NCBI RefSeq assembly: GCF_022045235.1
Contig: NW_027266266.1
Span: 35,464,001-35,528,000 of the forward strand
Direction: 5' to 3'
Length of the DNA stretch: 64,000 nt
DNA from: Haliotis cracherodii
Taxonomy: Eukaryota
Of the stretch, positions 14,005-27,369 are shown piece by piece; position 1 is the stretch's first letter, and every line of letters begins with the position of its first letter. Below the pieces are notes generated by a model. That model did not search any database. It was not told the DNA's origin and worked only from the letters and a program-made list of their open reading frames with translations. Both the position numbers and the translations under genes were made by a program.

Positions 14005-16559
14005 ACATCTATCTGACAATAACCCCATGTCGCCTATGCTCGCCTTCAGCGGCTACAGCTGCAACCCTCCAGAAACGTTCGAGGAGAAGTTGGACCGCAT
14101 GGTGGAGTACGACGACAGTGATGGAGACGGTGTTGTTTCTGCTAAAGACATCGACAGGAGCCTCATATTGCATGACCATAACCGTGAGTAGGCACACGCT
14201 TCATGCGTTCTGTGGTAGTCCAGGTGGCCACATTTCGTTTGTTTGGTTTTGGTTTAACGCTGCACCAGCTATATAATGTATGTCTGTAAATGATAGTCTG
14301 GACCAGACAATCCACTGATTGACACCATGAACATCGATCTACGCAGTTGGGATACGATGACATGCATCGACCAAGTCAGCGAGCATGACCGCCTGAACCC
14401 GTTCGTCGCCTCTTACACCAATCATGGGTTGCTCAAGACCTATTATTACCCGGATCTTCACGGGTCAACCATTGGTTAATGAACGGGTTGGATATCTAAC
14501 ATATGCCAGTGAGTGGGTGAGTGAGTTGAGTTATAACATTAAGGTATTAAATTAGGTATTGTCTGTAAACCGTTGAGCAGGGATATGGTACAGACAAACC
14601 AAGGTTGACAATCGGCGTAGATATGGGATACGACCTCACCTTCAGCCAGGAACCACCAAGCGTAGGCTCGTCATCCACATCTTCCTACCCTGTCACTGTT
14701 GCCATACGCACCATGTCAGAGTGTTGTAACATGTCAGAGTGTTGTAACATGTCAGAGCGTTGTAACATGTCAGAGTGTTGTAACATGTCAGAGTGTTGTA
14801 ACATGTCAGAGTGTTATAACATGTCAGAGTGTTATAACATGTCAGAGTGTTGTAACATATTAGACTGTTATAACATGTCAGAGTGTTGTAACATGTCAGA
14901 GTGTTGTAACATGTCAGAGTGTTATAAACATGTCAGAGTGTTGTAACATGTCAGTGTGTTATAACATGTCAGAGTGTTGTAACATGTCAGAGTGTTATAA
15001 CATGTCAGAGTGTTGTAACATATTAGACTGTTATAACATGTCAGAGTGTTGTAACATGTCAGAGTGTTGTAACATGTCAGAGTGTTATAACATGTCAGAG
15101 TGTTATAACATGTCAGAGTGTTGTAACATATTAGACTGTTATAACATGTCAGAGTGTTGTAACATGTCAGAGTGTTGTAACATGTCAGAGTGTTATAACA
15201 TGTCAGAGTGTTGTAACATGTCAGAGTGTTGTAACATGTCAGAGTGTTATAACATGTCAGAGTGTTATAACATGTCAGAGTGTTGTAACATGTCAGAGTG
15301 TTGTAACATGTCAGAGTGTTGTAACATGTCAGAGTGTTGTAACATGTCAGTGTGTTATAACATGTCAGAGTGTTGTAACATGTCAGAGTGTTGTAACATG
15401 TCAGAGTGTTGTAACATATCAGACTATTATAACATGTCAGAGTGTTGTAACATGTCAGAGTGTTGTAACATGTCAGAGTGTTATAACATGTCAGAGTGTT
15501 ATAACATGTCAGAGTGTTGTAACATATTAGACTGTTATAACATGTCAGAGTGTTGTAACATGTCAGAGTGTTGTAACATGTCAGAGTGTTATAACATGTC
15601 AGAGTGTTGTAACATGTCAGTGTGTTATAACATGTCAGACTATTTTAACATGTCAGAGTGTTATAACATGTCAGAGTGTTGTAACATGTCAGAGTGTTGT
15701 AACATGTCAGAGTGTTGTAACATGTCAGAGTGTTATAACATGTCAGAGTGTTGTAACATGTCAGAGTGTTGTAACATGTCAGAGTGTTGTAACATATCAG
15801 ACTATTATAACATGTCAGAGTGTTGTAACATATCAGAGTGTTATAACATGTCAGAGTGTTGTAACATGTCAGAGTGTTGTAACATATTAGACTATTATAA
15901 CATGTCAGAGTGTTGTAACATGTCAGGGTGTTGTAACATATTAGACTGTTATAACATGTCAGAGTGTTGTAACATGTCAGGGTGTTGTAACATGTCAGTG
16001 TGTTGTAACATGTCAGAGTGTTGTAACATGTCAGAGTGTTGTAACATGTCAGGGTGTTGTAACATGTCAGACTGTTGTAACATGTCAGAGTGTTGTAACA
16101 TGTCAGAGTGTTGTAACATATTAGACTGTTATAACATGTCAGAGTGTTGTAACATGTCAGGGTGTTGTAACATGTCAGAGTGTTGTAACATGTCAGAGTG
16201 TTGTAACATGTCAGGGTGTTGTAACATGTCAGAGTGTTGTAACATGTCAGCTACTGAAGTATTTTGTCTTTGGGCCAGTGGATGGTGTTGTGTCGCCGTA
16301 CGAGTTCGTGAAGGAGTGGACGTGTCGCTATGGCGACCAACCGGACGTTGCTCACAGGATCTTCAACCAGCTGACACAGGGCTTCAGCCTGCTTTTGTTT
16401 GAGCCGTCCCGGAACAGTGGTCAGTACAGGCGTTCGCAACTACTACTCGAACTACAAAAACTAAGTCTGCTGCTACCCCTACAATACCATGTCTACGACT
16501 TCGACAACGTCTTTCGCTAATGCTACAACTACTTCTAAATACGACTACTACTACTACTG

Positions 16560-16613
<54 letters not shown>

Positions 16614-17937
16614 GTATTGCCACTACCACCCTTATAGACTAAGTAGTCCTGATAAATGTTAATACTGCTACATTGATATCAACAGTAAACTACCGCTACA
16701 ACAAAATCATAGGGGCAACTTAGTTTAGTTCATGGTAATCGTAGTTCGTTGTAAGCATGTCAACTGTTATACACAGTGACCAGGATCTTAAAACAGTTCG
16801 TTACATCCACCAGTTCGTTATAAGCATGTCCATATGATCCCAATACTTCCGTGGTTATATTGTTAGAGCATAAATGTTCATATATTTTATTTAGATAATA
16901 TTCTTGCTTCTTTTCAGCCAACCAAACAGTTGCAGAATTCCGCGAAAGTCTATACTCGGTGGGTTGCCTGGGTCATATGTGTGTACAAATCAGGGGAGAT
17001 AATTTACCCTGGTGGGAATTTGGAAGTAAACGTTAATAGATGAGCCCCTTTTCACAAAGCGATCTTAAGGGCTAAGATGTCATATGCCCATTTAGTGTGT
17101 AAAGTTTAGTGAGCCACCACTGGAACAGTATTCCAGTCATATCACTGCGTGTCGGTTTAATGTGGGAGACGTCTCATGCGTTTACTACTTTGATGAAACC
17201 CACGAGCACGGGTATGGTGCTGACAGACCTAGAAACATGATCACTGCGAAACGGGATTCGAACCCATAATCATAGGTTTATCAGCACATTGAATTGCGGC
17301 GCCCAAGACGACAAGTTCTCCGCGTTTGCATAAGACTGCCATGTCGATAGAATATCGCAGAGCGTAGCGTAATGCAACAAACAAATAACATTAGACCAAT
17401 GACAGGTACATATCCACAATCCAAGAACTCCTTGCCCGCCTTGTGGTCTAGTGGTCGAGCGTGCATCCGGAGAGCTGAAGGTCGGGGGTTCGATCCTTTA
17501 GGCAGCCTCATAACAAAAGACGTTAAAAGATGGTATTTGTTGTTACCCTGACTGGTCGACTTGGAGTCGGCATACTGTGTCTGAGAGGAATATTGATGTT
17601 AAACTGCAGCATTGTATCTCAGTGGGCTAGCAATTTAGATCGGCATTAGTCCGGACAAGTACAAGCAGCCACACAAATACACGTGAATACATGTCGCTAT
17701 TTAAGTATAATAATCTTGAACGCGACGTCAAACCTCATTTCACCTCACCTTGTAACTCCGTGACTTTTGTGTCGTAGCGCTAAGATATATTTGTACAGGT
17801 GGGCTTAAAAGCAGCGCTAGCTTCACACAGTCGTCCATGACACTATACATGTATAAGCTGAAGTTAGTACTGGCATATTTATTCTGAAACGTGTTCTATT
17901 TCAGTTTTACACAGAGAAAGAGATCCGCGGGACATGA
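12370..17937 (+). CDS. Secreted two-EF-hand Ca2+-binding protein, paralogue A (141 aa); coding exons 12370-12446, 14050-14183, 16279-16419, 16918-16958, 17905-17937
   Basis: All introns are GT..AG, phases 2,1,1,0, and the joined CDS is 426 nt and open: MTAWRLYPGLPFLALLVVAALAHPDTGYSCNPPETFEEKLDRMVEYDDSDGDGVVSAKDIDRSLILHDHNLDGVVSPYEFVKEWTCRYGDQPDVAHRIFNQLTQGFSLLLFEPSRNSANQTVAEFRESLYSFYTEKEIRGT*. It has a hydrophobic signal peptide and EF loops DSDGDGVVSAKD and DHNLDGVVSPYE (the second spans a splice junction). Exon structure matches paralogue B. An acceptor at 12354-12355 implies an unlocated upstream exon. Confidence 0.88.
13030..13186 (-). mobile_element. Short tRNA-derived SINE, family 3
   Basis: Reverse complement of the same head (gaacgctttaaccagtcggctaccccaccgccc) and tail (ttttagcaatat...aatatcacg). 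Confidence 0.65.
13300..13631 (+). mobile_element. tRNA-derived SINE, family 1 (Meta/MESC-like central domain), full length
   Basis: A box TGGTCTAATGG, B box GGTTCGATC, core ggtacttgttgttacc...ctggtcggct.ggagtcagtatactgtgtctgagtgggg...agcacta, and tail gcgac.ttaaaccc.atttcacctcac. Seven copies are in this window. Confidence 0.8.
13945..13999. repeat. (TA)n microsatellite
   Basis: Perfect dinucleotide run about 50 bp upstream of an exon acceptor. Confidence 0.95.
14240..14467 (-). mobile_element. SINE family 2 (gtcgtaagaggcgact core; Nin-domain-like)
   Basis: Reverse complement of gacccgtgaagatccggg...aacccatg...taagaggcgac...atcgatgttcatg..tcaatca.tggattgtctggtccagact...gcgttaaac. About ten copies are in this window. 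Confidence 0.75.
14712..16250. repeat. 18-bp intronic minisatellite (catgtcagagtgttgtaa)n, ~85 copies
   Basis: Direct periodicity; ends about 28 bp before the 16279 exon. Confidence 0.95.
16541..16630. repeat. (CTA)n microsatellite
   Basis: Trinucleotide run. Confidence 0.9.
17434..17750 (+). mobile_element. tRNA-derived SINE, family 1
   Basis: Same head, core and tail as the 13300 copy; lies in the last intron of paralogue A. Confidence 0.8.
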
Positions 17938-18949
17938 TGGTGGTAGCTGGGAGACAATTCATTGAGGAGCGTCTACACTGCCTGCGATACGATCGACAAA
18001 TAACAAAAAAATTTTTTAACAAGAGATCTAATGATGTTGTGCACCAGATTATGAACAAAACACAACGATGGAGACATTAGCTGGCCTTACTTCGACTTTA
18101 CGTTAACAACTGTTTTGAAATTATTTTTAGATAAAACATTTCTTTGGTGTTTTCCAATCTTTGAGATAACAATGAGTGTCTTCAGGCGGACAGAGCCACA
18201 CTTCGCTCCGATTACACGTTTACACGAAACTAATTCTAGATTACCCAGTGTATTTTATTTCCATTCTATCAGGAGTAATACCCTGGGTCAAGTCCATCAC
18301 ATCGCTTCTTTTTAGCCCAATTCGAATGACATGGTGCTATCAAGAGCCGCCCAACCAAATTACATGTGCATAAAAAAACAGATGTGCTAAATTCACTGGA
18401 TAATTGTGCTCATTAAGTGTTAAAGGTGGGCAAGTCTCAAATCACAGGGCGGTCGGAGCAAGTTTGAACCATACAAGCATCCCTTTTACGTGTCCGCGCA
18501 AGTTCTATGATCGAAATCATTGTGATAACCCGATTTTTCTGAAGAAAAAAACATATCAGAACTTTATTTGATCGCAACGTAAATCTACTCTCCTCCATGT
18601 ATACACATGTTCGTCATGTTCCCTTCGGATATTATATGGGAAGAAATAATCAGTAATATGAGTTTTGTTCAATAAAAAAACAACATCTATTATTTGAGTG
18701 TATTTGGTCACTTATACTGTTAATTCTAGTATCTAAACAGGAGAAACAGTAGCTAACCAGGACCCATGGATGTTTGATAGGCCTGCATCTGGAACTCAAT
18801 GTCAGAATGAACATACACACAAAACAAGAAACGCACAGGTGATATTGATATAATTATATGAAGACATCAGCACATATACGATTTGTGAAGCAAGAATATG
18901 ATATCAGCTGGCAGCAAATAACTAATGCAGCAAAACGCAGCAAAGACCA

Positions 18950-21595
18950 GTGTAGTCAGTGGAGGCGATGGAGGTAGCTACTGTAACTATTGTAGTCAGT
19001 GGAGGAAGTGTAGCTACTATAACTATTGTAGTCAGTGGAGGCAGTGTAGCTACTGTAACTATTGTAGTCAGTGGAGGAAGTGTAGCTACTGTAACTATTG
19101 CAGCCAGAGGAGGTGATGGAGGTAGCTACTGTAACTATTGTAGTCAGTAGAGGCGGTGTAGCTACTGTAACTATTGCAGCCAGAGGAGGTGATGGAGGTA
19201 GCTGCTGTAACTATTGTAGTCAGTGGAGGCAGTGTAGCTACTATAACTATTGTAGTCAGTGGAGGCAGTGTAGCTACTGTAACTATTGCAGCCAGAGGAG
19301 GTGATGGAGGTAGCTACTGTAACTATTGCAGCCAGAGGAAGTGATGAAGGTAGCTACTGTAACTATTGTAGTCAGTAGAGGCAGTGTAGCTACTGTAACT
19401 ATTGTAGTCGGTGGAGGCAGTGTAGCTACTGTAACTATTGCAGCCAGAGGAGGTGATGGAGGTAGCTACTGTAACTATTGCAGCCAGAGGAGGTGATGGA
19501 GGTAGCTACTGTAACTATTGTAGTCAGTGGAGGCGGTGTAGCTACTGTAACTATTGCAGCCAGAGGAGGTGATGGAGGTAGCTACTGTAACTATTGAAGT
19601 CAGTGGAGGCAGTGTAGCTACTGTAACTATTGCAGCCAGAGGAGGTGATGGAGGTAGCTGCTGTAACTATTGTAGTCAGTGGAGGCAGTGTAGCTACTGT
19701 AACTATTGTAGTCAGTGGAGGCAGTGTAGCTACTGTAACTATTGCAGCCAGAGGAGGTGATGGAGGTAGCTACTGTAACTATTGTAGTCAGTGGAGGCAG
19801 TGTAGCTACTGTAACTATTGTAGTCAGTGGAGGCAGTGTAGCTACTGTTACTATTGCAGCAAGAGGAGGTGATGGAGGTAGCTACTGTAACTATTGTAGG
19901 CAGTGTAGCTACTGTAACTATTGTAGTCAGAGGAGACAGTGTAGCTACTGTAACTGTTGCAGTCGGAGGAGGTGATGGAGGTAGCTACTGTAACTATTGT
20001 AGTCAGTGGAGGCAGTGTAGCTACTGTAACTATTGTAGTCAGTGGAGGAAGTGTGGCTACTGTAACTATTGTAGTCGGTGGAGGCAGTGTAGCTACTGTA
20101 ACTATTGCAGCCAGAGGAGGTGATGGAGGTAGCTACTGTAACTATTGTAGTCAGTGGAGGCAGTGTAGCTACTGTAACTATTGTAGTCAGTGGAGGCAGT
20201 GTAGCTACTGTTACTATTGCAGCAAGAGGAGGTGATGGAGGTAGCTACTGTAACTATTGTAGTCAGTGTAGCTACTGTAACTATTGTAGTCAGAGGAGAC
20301 AGTGTAGCTACTGTAACTGTTGCAGTCGGAGGAGGTGATGGAGGTAGCTACTGTAACTATTGTAGTCAGTGGAGGCAGTGTAGCTACTGTAACTATTTTA
20401 GTCAGTGGAGGCAGTGTAGCTACTGTAACTATTTTAGTCAGTGGAGGCAGTGTAGCTACTGTAACTATTGTAGTCAGTGGCGGCAGTGTAGCTACTGTAA
20501 CTATTGTAGTCAGTGGAGGCGGTGTAGCTGCTGTAACTATTGCAGCCAGAGGAGGCGATGGAGGTAGCTACTGTAACTATTTTAGTCAGTGGAGGCAGTG
20601 TAGCTACTGTAACTATTGTAGTCAGTGGAGGCAGTGTAGCTACTGTAACTATTGTAGTCAGTGGAGGCGGTGTAGCTACTGTAACTATTGTAGTCAGTGG
20701 AGGCAGTGTAGCTACTGTAACTATTGTAGTCAGTGGAGGCAGTGTAGCTACTGTAACTATTGTAGTCAGTGGAGGCAGTGTAGCTACTGTAACTATTGCA
20801 GCCAGAGGAGGCGATGGAGGTAGCTACTGTAACTATTGTAGTCACATGAGGCGAGGGAGGTAGCTACTGTAACTAGAATATGATATGAGCTGGCAGCAAA
20901 TAACTAATGCAGCAAAACGCAGCAAAGACCAGTGTAGTCAGTGGAGGCTATGGAGGTAGCTACTGTAACGTTTGTAGTCAGTGGAGGCAGTGTAGCTACT
21001 GTAACTATTGCAGCCAGAGGAGGTGATGGAGGTAGCTACTGCAACTATTGTAGTCAGTGGAGGCAGTGTAGCTACTGTAACTATTGTAGTCAGTGGAGGT
21101 GATGGAGGTAGCAACTGTAACTATTGAAGTCAGTGGAGGCAGTGTAGCTACTGTAACTATTGTAGCCAGAGGAGGCAGTGTAGCTACTGTAGCCAGTGGA
21201 GGCAGTGTAGCTACTGTAGCCAGTGGAGGCAGTGTAGCTACTGTAGCCAGTGGAGGCAGTGTAGCTACTGTAGCTAGAGGAGGCAGTGTAGCTACTGTAG
21301 CCAGTGGAGGCAGTGTAGCTACTGTAGCCAGTGGAGGCAGTGTAGCTACTGTAGCCAGTGGAGGCAGTGTAGCTACTGTAGCCAGAGTAGGCAGTGTAGC
21401 TATTGTAGCCAGTGGAGGCAGTGTAGCTACTGTAGCTTCTGTAGCCAGAGGAGGCAGTGTAGCTACTTTAACCATTGTAGCCAGTGTAGGCAGTGTAACT
21501 ACTGTAACTATTGTAGTCAGTGGAGGCAGTGTAGCTACTGTAGTTACTGTAGCCAGTGGAAGGAGTGTAGCTACTGGAACTATTGCAGCCATTGG
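18950..21595. repeat. Composite minisatellite of 36/40-bp units (gtagctactgtaactattg core), ending in 27-bp units
   Basis: Two unit types are interspersed, and the unique left flank recurs at ~20876-20935. Confidence 0.95.
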
Positions 21596-21879
21596 AGGGA
21601 GTATAGCCGGTCATTCTGCTTCGACATCCACTTGGGTCACTTAGGTCCTTGTGAACTGTGACTCCTGATACACGTCCCGTATCGACAGTGTCATGTTCCT
21701 TTGCACATAGTTTTAACTTGTTTAACTTGTAGACTACAATTTCTAGTGTTTGAAACTACATCTACCATCTAATGCAACAGTTGCGTCAATGGCGAGACCA
21801 GGGGGCCCCAAACGACCTCGACAAAATCTGGACAGGAAGGATTGCGTGGAGTTGAAGCTCTTTTCTTCCAAAACGTGCT

Positions 21880-22175
21880 CCCCTTGTGTCAAGGTGAACT
21901 CGTCTACCTCCCCTTGTGTCAAGGTGAACTCGCCTACCTTCCCTTTTTCAAGGTGAACGCGCCTACCTTCCCTTGTGTCAAGGTGAACGCGCCTACCTCC
22001 CCTTGTGTCAAGGTGAACTCGCCTACCCCACCCTTGTGTCAAGGTGAACTCGCCTACCTCCCTTGTGTCAAGGTGAACTCGCCTACCTCCCCTTGTGTCA
22101 AGGTCATCTCACCTACCTCCCCTTGTGTCAAGGTGAACTCGCCCACCTCCCCTTGTGTAAAGGTGAACTCGCCTT
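21880..22175. repeat. ~30-bp minisatellite (ccttgtgtcaaggtgaactcgcctacctcc)n, ~10 copies
   Basis: Direct periodicity. Confidence 0.92.
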
Positions 22176-22221
22176 ATATCTCCTGAACATGAATAATTCG
22201 TCATAGATTAACCAACAAATA

Positions 22222-23980
22222 CTGAACACTGTCTGAACACTGACATACAGTCTGGACACAGTCTGACACCATACAATCTAGTCCAAGTCTGACACCATAC
22301 AACCTAGACCCTGTCTGAACACTGACATACAGTCTAGACCCTATTTGACACCATACAGTCTAGACCCTGTCTGAACACTGACATACAGTCTGGACACAGT
22401 CTGACACCATACAATCTAGTCCAAGTCTGACACCATACAACCTAGACCCTGTCTGAACACTGACATACAGTCTAGACCCTATTTGACACCATACAGTCTA
22501 GACCCAGTCTGACACCATACAGCCTAGACCCTGTCTGAACACCGACATACAGTCTAGACCAAATCTGACATCTTACAGTCTAGACCCTGTCTTAACACTG
22601 ACATTCAGTCTAGACCCTATTTGACACCATACAGTCAAGACCCAGTCCGACACCAAACAGTCTAGACACTGTCTGACACCAAACAGTCTAGACCCTGTCT
22701 GAACACTGACATACAATCTAGACCCTGTCTGAAAACTGACATACAGTCTACACCCTGTCTGACACCATACAGTCTTGAACCTGTCTGACACCAAACAGTC
22801 TAGACACTGTCTGAACACTGACATTCAGTCTAGACCCTGTCTGAACACTGACATACATTCTGTACCCCGTCTCACACCATACAACCTAGACCCTGTCTGA
22901 ACACTGACATACAGTCTGGATCCAGTCTGACACCATACAACCTAGACCCTGTCTGAACACTGACATACAGTCTAGACCCCGTCTCACACCACACAGTCTA
23001 GACCCAGTCTGACACCACACAGTCTAGACCCTGTCTGACACCATACAGTCTAGACCCTGTCTGACACAATAAAGTCTAGACACTGTCTGAGCTCTGACAT
23101 ACAGTCTTGACCCAGTCTCACACCACACAGTCTAGACGCAGTCCCACACCACATAGTCTAGACCCAGTCTGACACCATACAGTCTGGACCCTGTCTGACA
23201 CCATACAGTCTGGACCCTGTCTGACACCATAAAGTCTAGACCCTGTCTGAACACTGACATACAATCTAGACCCAGTCGAACACCATAAAGTCTAGACCCA
23301 GTCTCACACCATACAGCCTAGACCCTGTCTGAACACTGACATACAGTCTGGACCCTGTCTGACACCATAAAGTCTAGACCCTGTCTGAACACTGACATAC
23401 AGTCTAGACCCTGTCTGAAAACTGACATACAATCTAGACCCTGTCTCACACCACACAGTCTAGACCAAGTCTCCCACCATACAGTCTAGACCCTGTCTCA
23501 CTCCATACAGTCAAAACCCAGTCTCACACCATATAGTCTAGACACTGTCTGACACCATGAAGTCGAGACCCTGTCTGAACACTGACATACAATCTAGACC
23601 CAGTCAAACACCATAAAGTCTAGACCCAGTCTGACACCATACAGTCTAGACCCAGTCTGACACCATAAAGTCTAGACACTGTGACACCATACAGCCTAGA
23701 CCCTGTCTGAACACTGACATACAGTCTAGACCCTGTCTGACACCATACAGCCTAGACCCTGTCTGAACACTGACATACAGTCTGGACCCTGTCTGACACC
23801 ATACAGTCTAGACCCAGTCTGACACCATACAGCCTAGACCCTGTCGGAACACTGACATACAGTCTAGACCCTGTCTGACACCATACAGCCTAGACCCTGT
23901 CTGAACACTGACATTCAGTCTAGACCCTGTCTGAACACTGGCATACAGTCTAGACCCTATCTGAACACTGAAATACAGTC
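22222..23980. repeat. 26/30-bp minisatellite (cagtctagaccctgtctga core)
   Basis: Alternating 26- and 30-bp variants. Confidence 0.95.
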
Positions 23981-24352
23981 CATGAAATCGCATGATCGTC
24001 TCTATTTTCTTATGCAACATACCTGACAATTGTATTTGATAAATCGCGTATTGTGAAAACATATCTCGCTTTCACACAGATACGCCGAGATAAAACACAC
24101 AGTAAACATAGATCACGATGCAGTTGTTTCTGATATGTTGTTACCATGACAATGTTTAAAAAAGCAGAGCAGTGAACCGTCGTATGAGTTAAGTCACAGC
24201 TTCATTTGATGTTGAAGACGTGTATTTTCATAATACAACAAGTTCATTAAACACTGAAAGTGTCACATTAAAATATTTTAACACATGTTGATAGGTGTTT
24301 TACTGCTGCAAATCAGAACATCGTGTAACTTTAAAAGGTCAAGCAATACCAA

Positions 24353-25719
24353 CACACTTCAAACAAAAAAGAAACACGCAGGTAGATTTTTAGTACATTT
24401 ATTGTACCTAATAAAGTCGACTTAATATCATAGATACAAACATGAAATTTTGGAGCTCGATAGTCACATGTTGTCGTTGTACAAAGGCATTGAAAACTGT
24501 TCATTGTCATGTCACATAGGGCCACACAACCCGTGTGACCTCCCCGGGCAGCAATCACGGCTCTGCATCTCCTCGGCACGGACTGGATAAGTGTATGAAT
24601 TCTGTCCTGCGGAATTCTGAGCCATTCTGCATTCGCGTTGGCCAGTTGTGGGAGTGACTTTGAAGTTGACGTACACGTCAATCGAGTTCATTCCAGAGGT
24701 GTTCGATTGGTTAGAGATCTGGAGATCTCAACGGCCAGGGCAAGACGATGATGTTGGCATTATGAAGGTAGTCTACCGTGGCACGAGCTGTGTGCGGTGG
24801 AGCGTTGTCCTGTTGAAACAGCTACCTCTGGCAGTCAATGAAGAATTTGATTCATGTAGCGATTTGCTGTCAATTTTCCCTGAACCACAACCAAGTCAGA
24901 TCTCGTGGTGAAGGATACCGAAATTGTCGAATTCACGTACACAATGTGGGGCAAAACGCTCATTTCAACGACGATAAACACGTTGTCTTCCATCTCTCCG
25001 GTGAAGATGAAATCGTGATTCATCGCGAAACCACACGCATCTCCAGTTTCTCAAATTCCAAGGCTGTAAGGTATGGCACCAACGTAAGCGTCGCTGTCGG
25101 TGGATCTGTTGCAAAACAGGGACGATAACTGGTCTTCTGGGTGGGACTCCAACCTCGCGAAGATGGTTCCTGACAGTCTAGTCCGATATCTTCCTCAAAC
25201 CAGGGATGCGTCCTGCAGTCTCCGTAGCTGTTGCATTGTGATGACGTAGGCGGAACAGTCGAATGTAGCGATCCTGTGCAGTAGTGGAATTGAACTGTGT
25301 ATCGGTCACAAAGGCGGCAAATAGTGCTGTGGTGGACGTTAAAGTGGAGGGCAACAGAAGACTGCGATTCTCCTCTTTGGATACGTCCTATGTCGATGTT
25401 CCGATCGGCAGCTCTATGTCTAGACATTTTCGAACTTGAATGAATGACAAATGATTGGCTTATGCTTGCCACTGCTACGTGTTACGAATGCCATAACTTG
25501 CACGTGCATTTTGCTTTGCTGTTTTCCTCCATGATATTTTTGAACAAGTGTGAAAACAATGCCGTTTAAGACATTGCAAATCGACAATGGCTGCGTTTTT
25601 ACGCACCGTTTGTCGAATATCAGGCCACCAACATTTTCCAATAACATATATCCAATTTACATACCGGATTTTTTGCAGTGAACTACATACTACCTGTGCG
25701 TTTCCTTTTTTGAAGAGTG
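24353..25719 (-). mobile_element. Decayed Tc1/mariner (Tc1-like DD34E) DNA transposon
   Basis: Imperfect TIRs cacacttcaaacaaaaaagaaacacgcaggta (24353-) and tacctgtgcgtttccttttttgaagagtg (-25719). Minus-strand transposase remnants: HTH region MSRHRAADRNIDIGRIQRGESQSSVALHFNVHHSTICRL, FRDESRF, FQQDNAPPH, PWPLRSPDL*PIEHLW and WLRIPQDRIHTLIQSVPRRCRAVIAARGGHT. Multiple stops and frameshifts. Confidence 0.9.
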
Positions 25720-25854
25720 CATTCATCCTACGATCCGGTTAATCCCGGGTGTCGATAAAGAGAGGCTAGTTTCACACTGCATTATTTTAAAAGACACATT
25801 ATTGCTTCATATATCTTCACAATATCTCAATTCTGTACTTTACATGTCTCCTCG

Positions 25855-25995
25855 TGGCGGTCGGGTAGCCTACTGGTTAAAGCGTTCGCTCGTCACGCCA
25901 AAAACCCGGGTTCGATTCCCCCCATCGGTTCTGGTGTTCCCTGTCGTGATATTGCTGGAATATTGCTAAAATCGGCATAAAACACAACTCACTTA
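25855..25995 (+). mobile_element. Short tRNA-derived SINE, family 3
   Basis: A box tagcctactggttaaagcg, B box gggttcgattccc, and tail gatattgctggaatattgctaaaatcggcataaaacacaactcac. Confidence 0.7.
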
Positions 25996-26156
25996 TTGAC
26001 CCGCTCTCAGGAGTCGACAACAGCTGAAACTTATGTGAACAGACACAGTGCACGTGTCGAGTCAACGTGACGCATTGACTGAACACAACGTGCGCCGCAT
26101 CACATTCAACCGCAGTCCCCCTGCTGCTGTGCAGTGGAACCGGATTCACCCGTCAC

Positions 26157-26416
26157 ACACGGAGCTCCGTTTATTCAGTTATATATCACTGTGTCACGGA
26201 GCTCCGTTTATTCAGTTATGTATCACTGCGTCACGGAGCTCCGTTTATTCAGTTATATATCACTGCGTCACGGAGCTCCGTTTATTCAGTTATATATCAC
26301 TGCGTCACGGAGCTCCGTTTATTCAGTTATGTATCACTGCGTCACGGAGCTCCGTTTATTCAGTTATATATCACTGCGTCACGGAGCTCCGTTTATTCAG
26401 TTATATATCACTGCGT
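26157..26416. repeat. 37-bp minisatellite, 7 copies, each with the 12-bp palindrome ACGGAGCTCCGT
   Basis: (cacggagctccgtttattcagttatatatcactgcgt)n. Confidence 0.95.
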
Positions 26417-27369
26417 GTCGGCTGTGTGAGGTCACAGGTCTGTGATCTGTGAACGATCCGAAAAGGGGGCACAGGAAGTGATAAATGTAACACATATTAC
26501 TCAAGTTCAAGATTATTTACTTTTATTCTTCAATAATTCAAACTAATGTTTACAAAATACATAGTTTTTAAAATATAATTTATGAAATAACCCTCCATAG
26601 AAATATATTTACTTTCATCGGAATAAGTTGCATATTTGCACTGCTTGGACTTGGGAAATCAACATGACATATCTCATTGAAGGGGTGGTTTTAGAAATGA
26701 TGAAAACATGCTGAACGAACTAACTTGACTAAATAACAGGATTTTTATCTATTTCGAAATTCGAAATGGTACTTATGTGGCAGTTGGTTTTAGATATCAA
26801 CCAAACAGTGATACATATTACAAATGACATACCTGGCCACCTATGATAATTCCAGTTGTACACATGTAAATGTCAGAATGTGAAATATGCGATGCAACCC
26901 GCGTTCATAATATGCACACAAAGTAGTTATTAAACATTTGATTAATTCAGTTGTTTCATCGTTATTGTTTCTCAGATGTAGATCCGTCACTAAGTACAAA
27001 GCGAGTTCATGAGATTCATATATCAAATGCAATTAGCTGGCTTTCGTAACTAAATGCCGATCGCGCTGATGAATTCTGTCGACGTATTGCCACAACTCTT
27101 TAACGTACATCTACAATCCCCCACATCCAAGTTTCGTAATCAGTATTGACGTCGTTGCATGGCTAAGTATCATGTTGCAACTGTTCAAAGCTTGCCTGCT
27201 GCACGAATCCTCATGTTTTTTTCCAGGACAAACATTGACTCATTTAATTGAGAGAGAAGGGCAATGATCAAACAGTGTTGAAAAGTAGCGCCGAAGAAAA
27301 GGACAGTATTTCCAACGTCATTTCTGTCGTGAACATTGGAGCATCGAAATCTTTCAAATCTTTGAGACA

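Noticed and set aside
14605-16402. (MSECCN)n Cys-rich, metallothionein-like ORFs
   Set aside because: This is an 18-bp minisatellite inside an intron of EF-hand paralogue A, with a frameshift at ~14928.
18925-21644. CxxC-rich (CSYCNYCSQWRQ) and VATVTIVVSGGS ORFs
   Set aside because: The mixture of 36- and 40-bp units shifts frame constantly and the 40-bp unit contains stops. Non-coding minisatellite.
26157-26416. CRISPR-like 37-bp palindromic repeats
   Set aside because: Units are head-to-tail with no unique spacers, there are no cas genes, and the context is eukaryotic.
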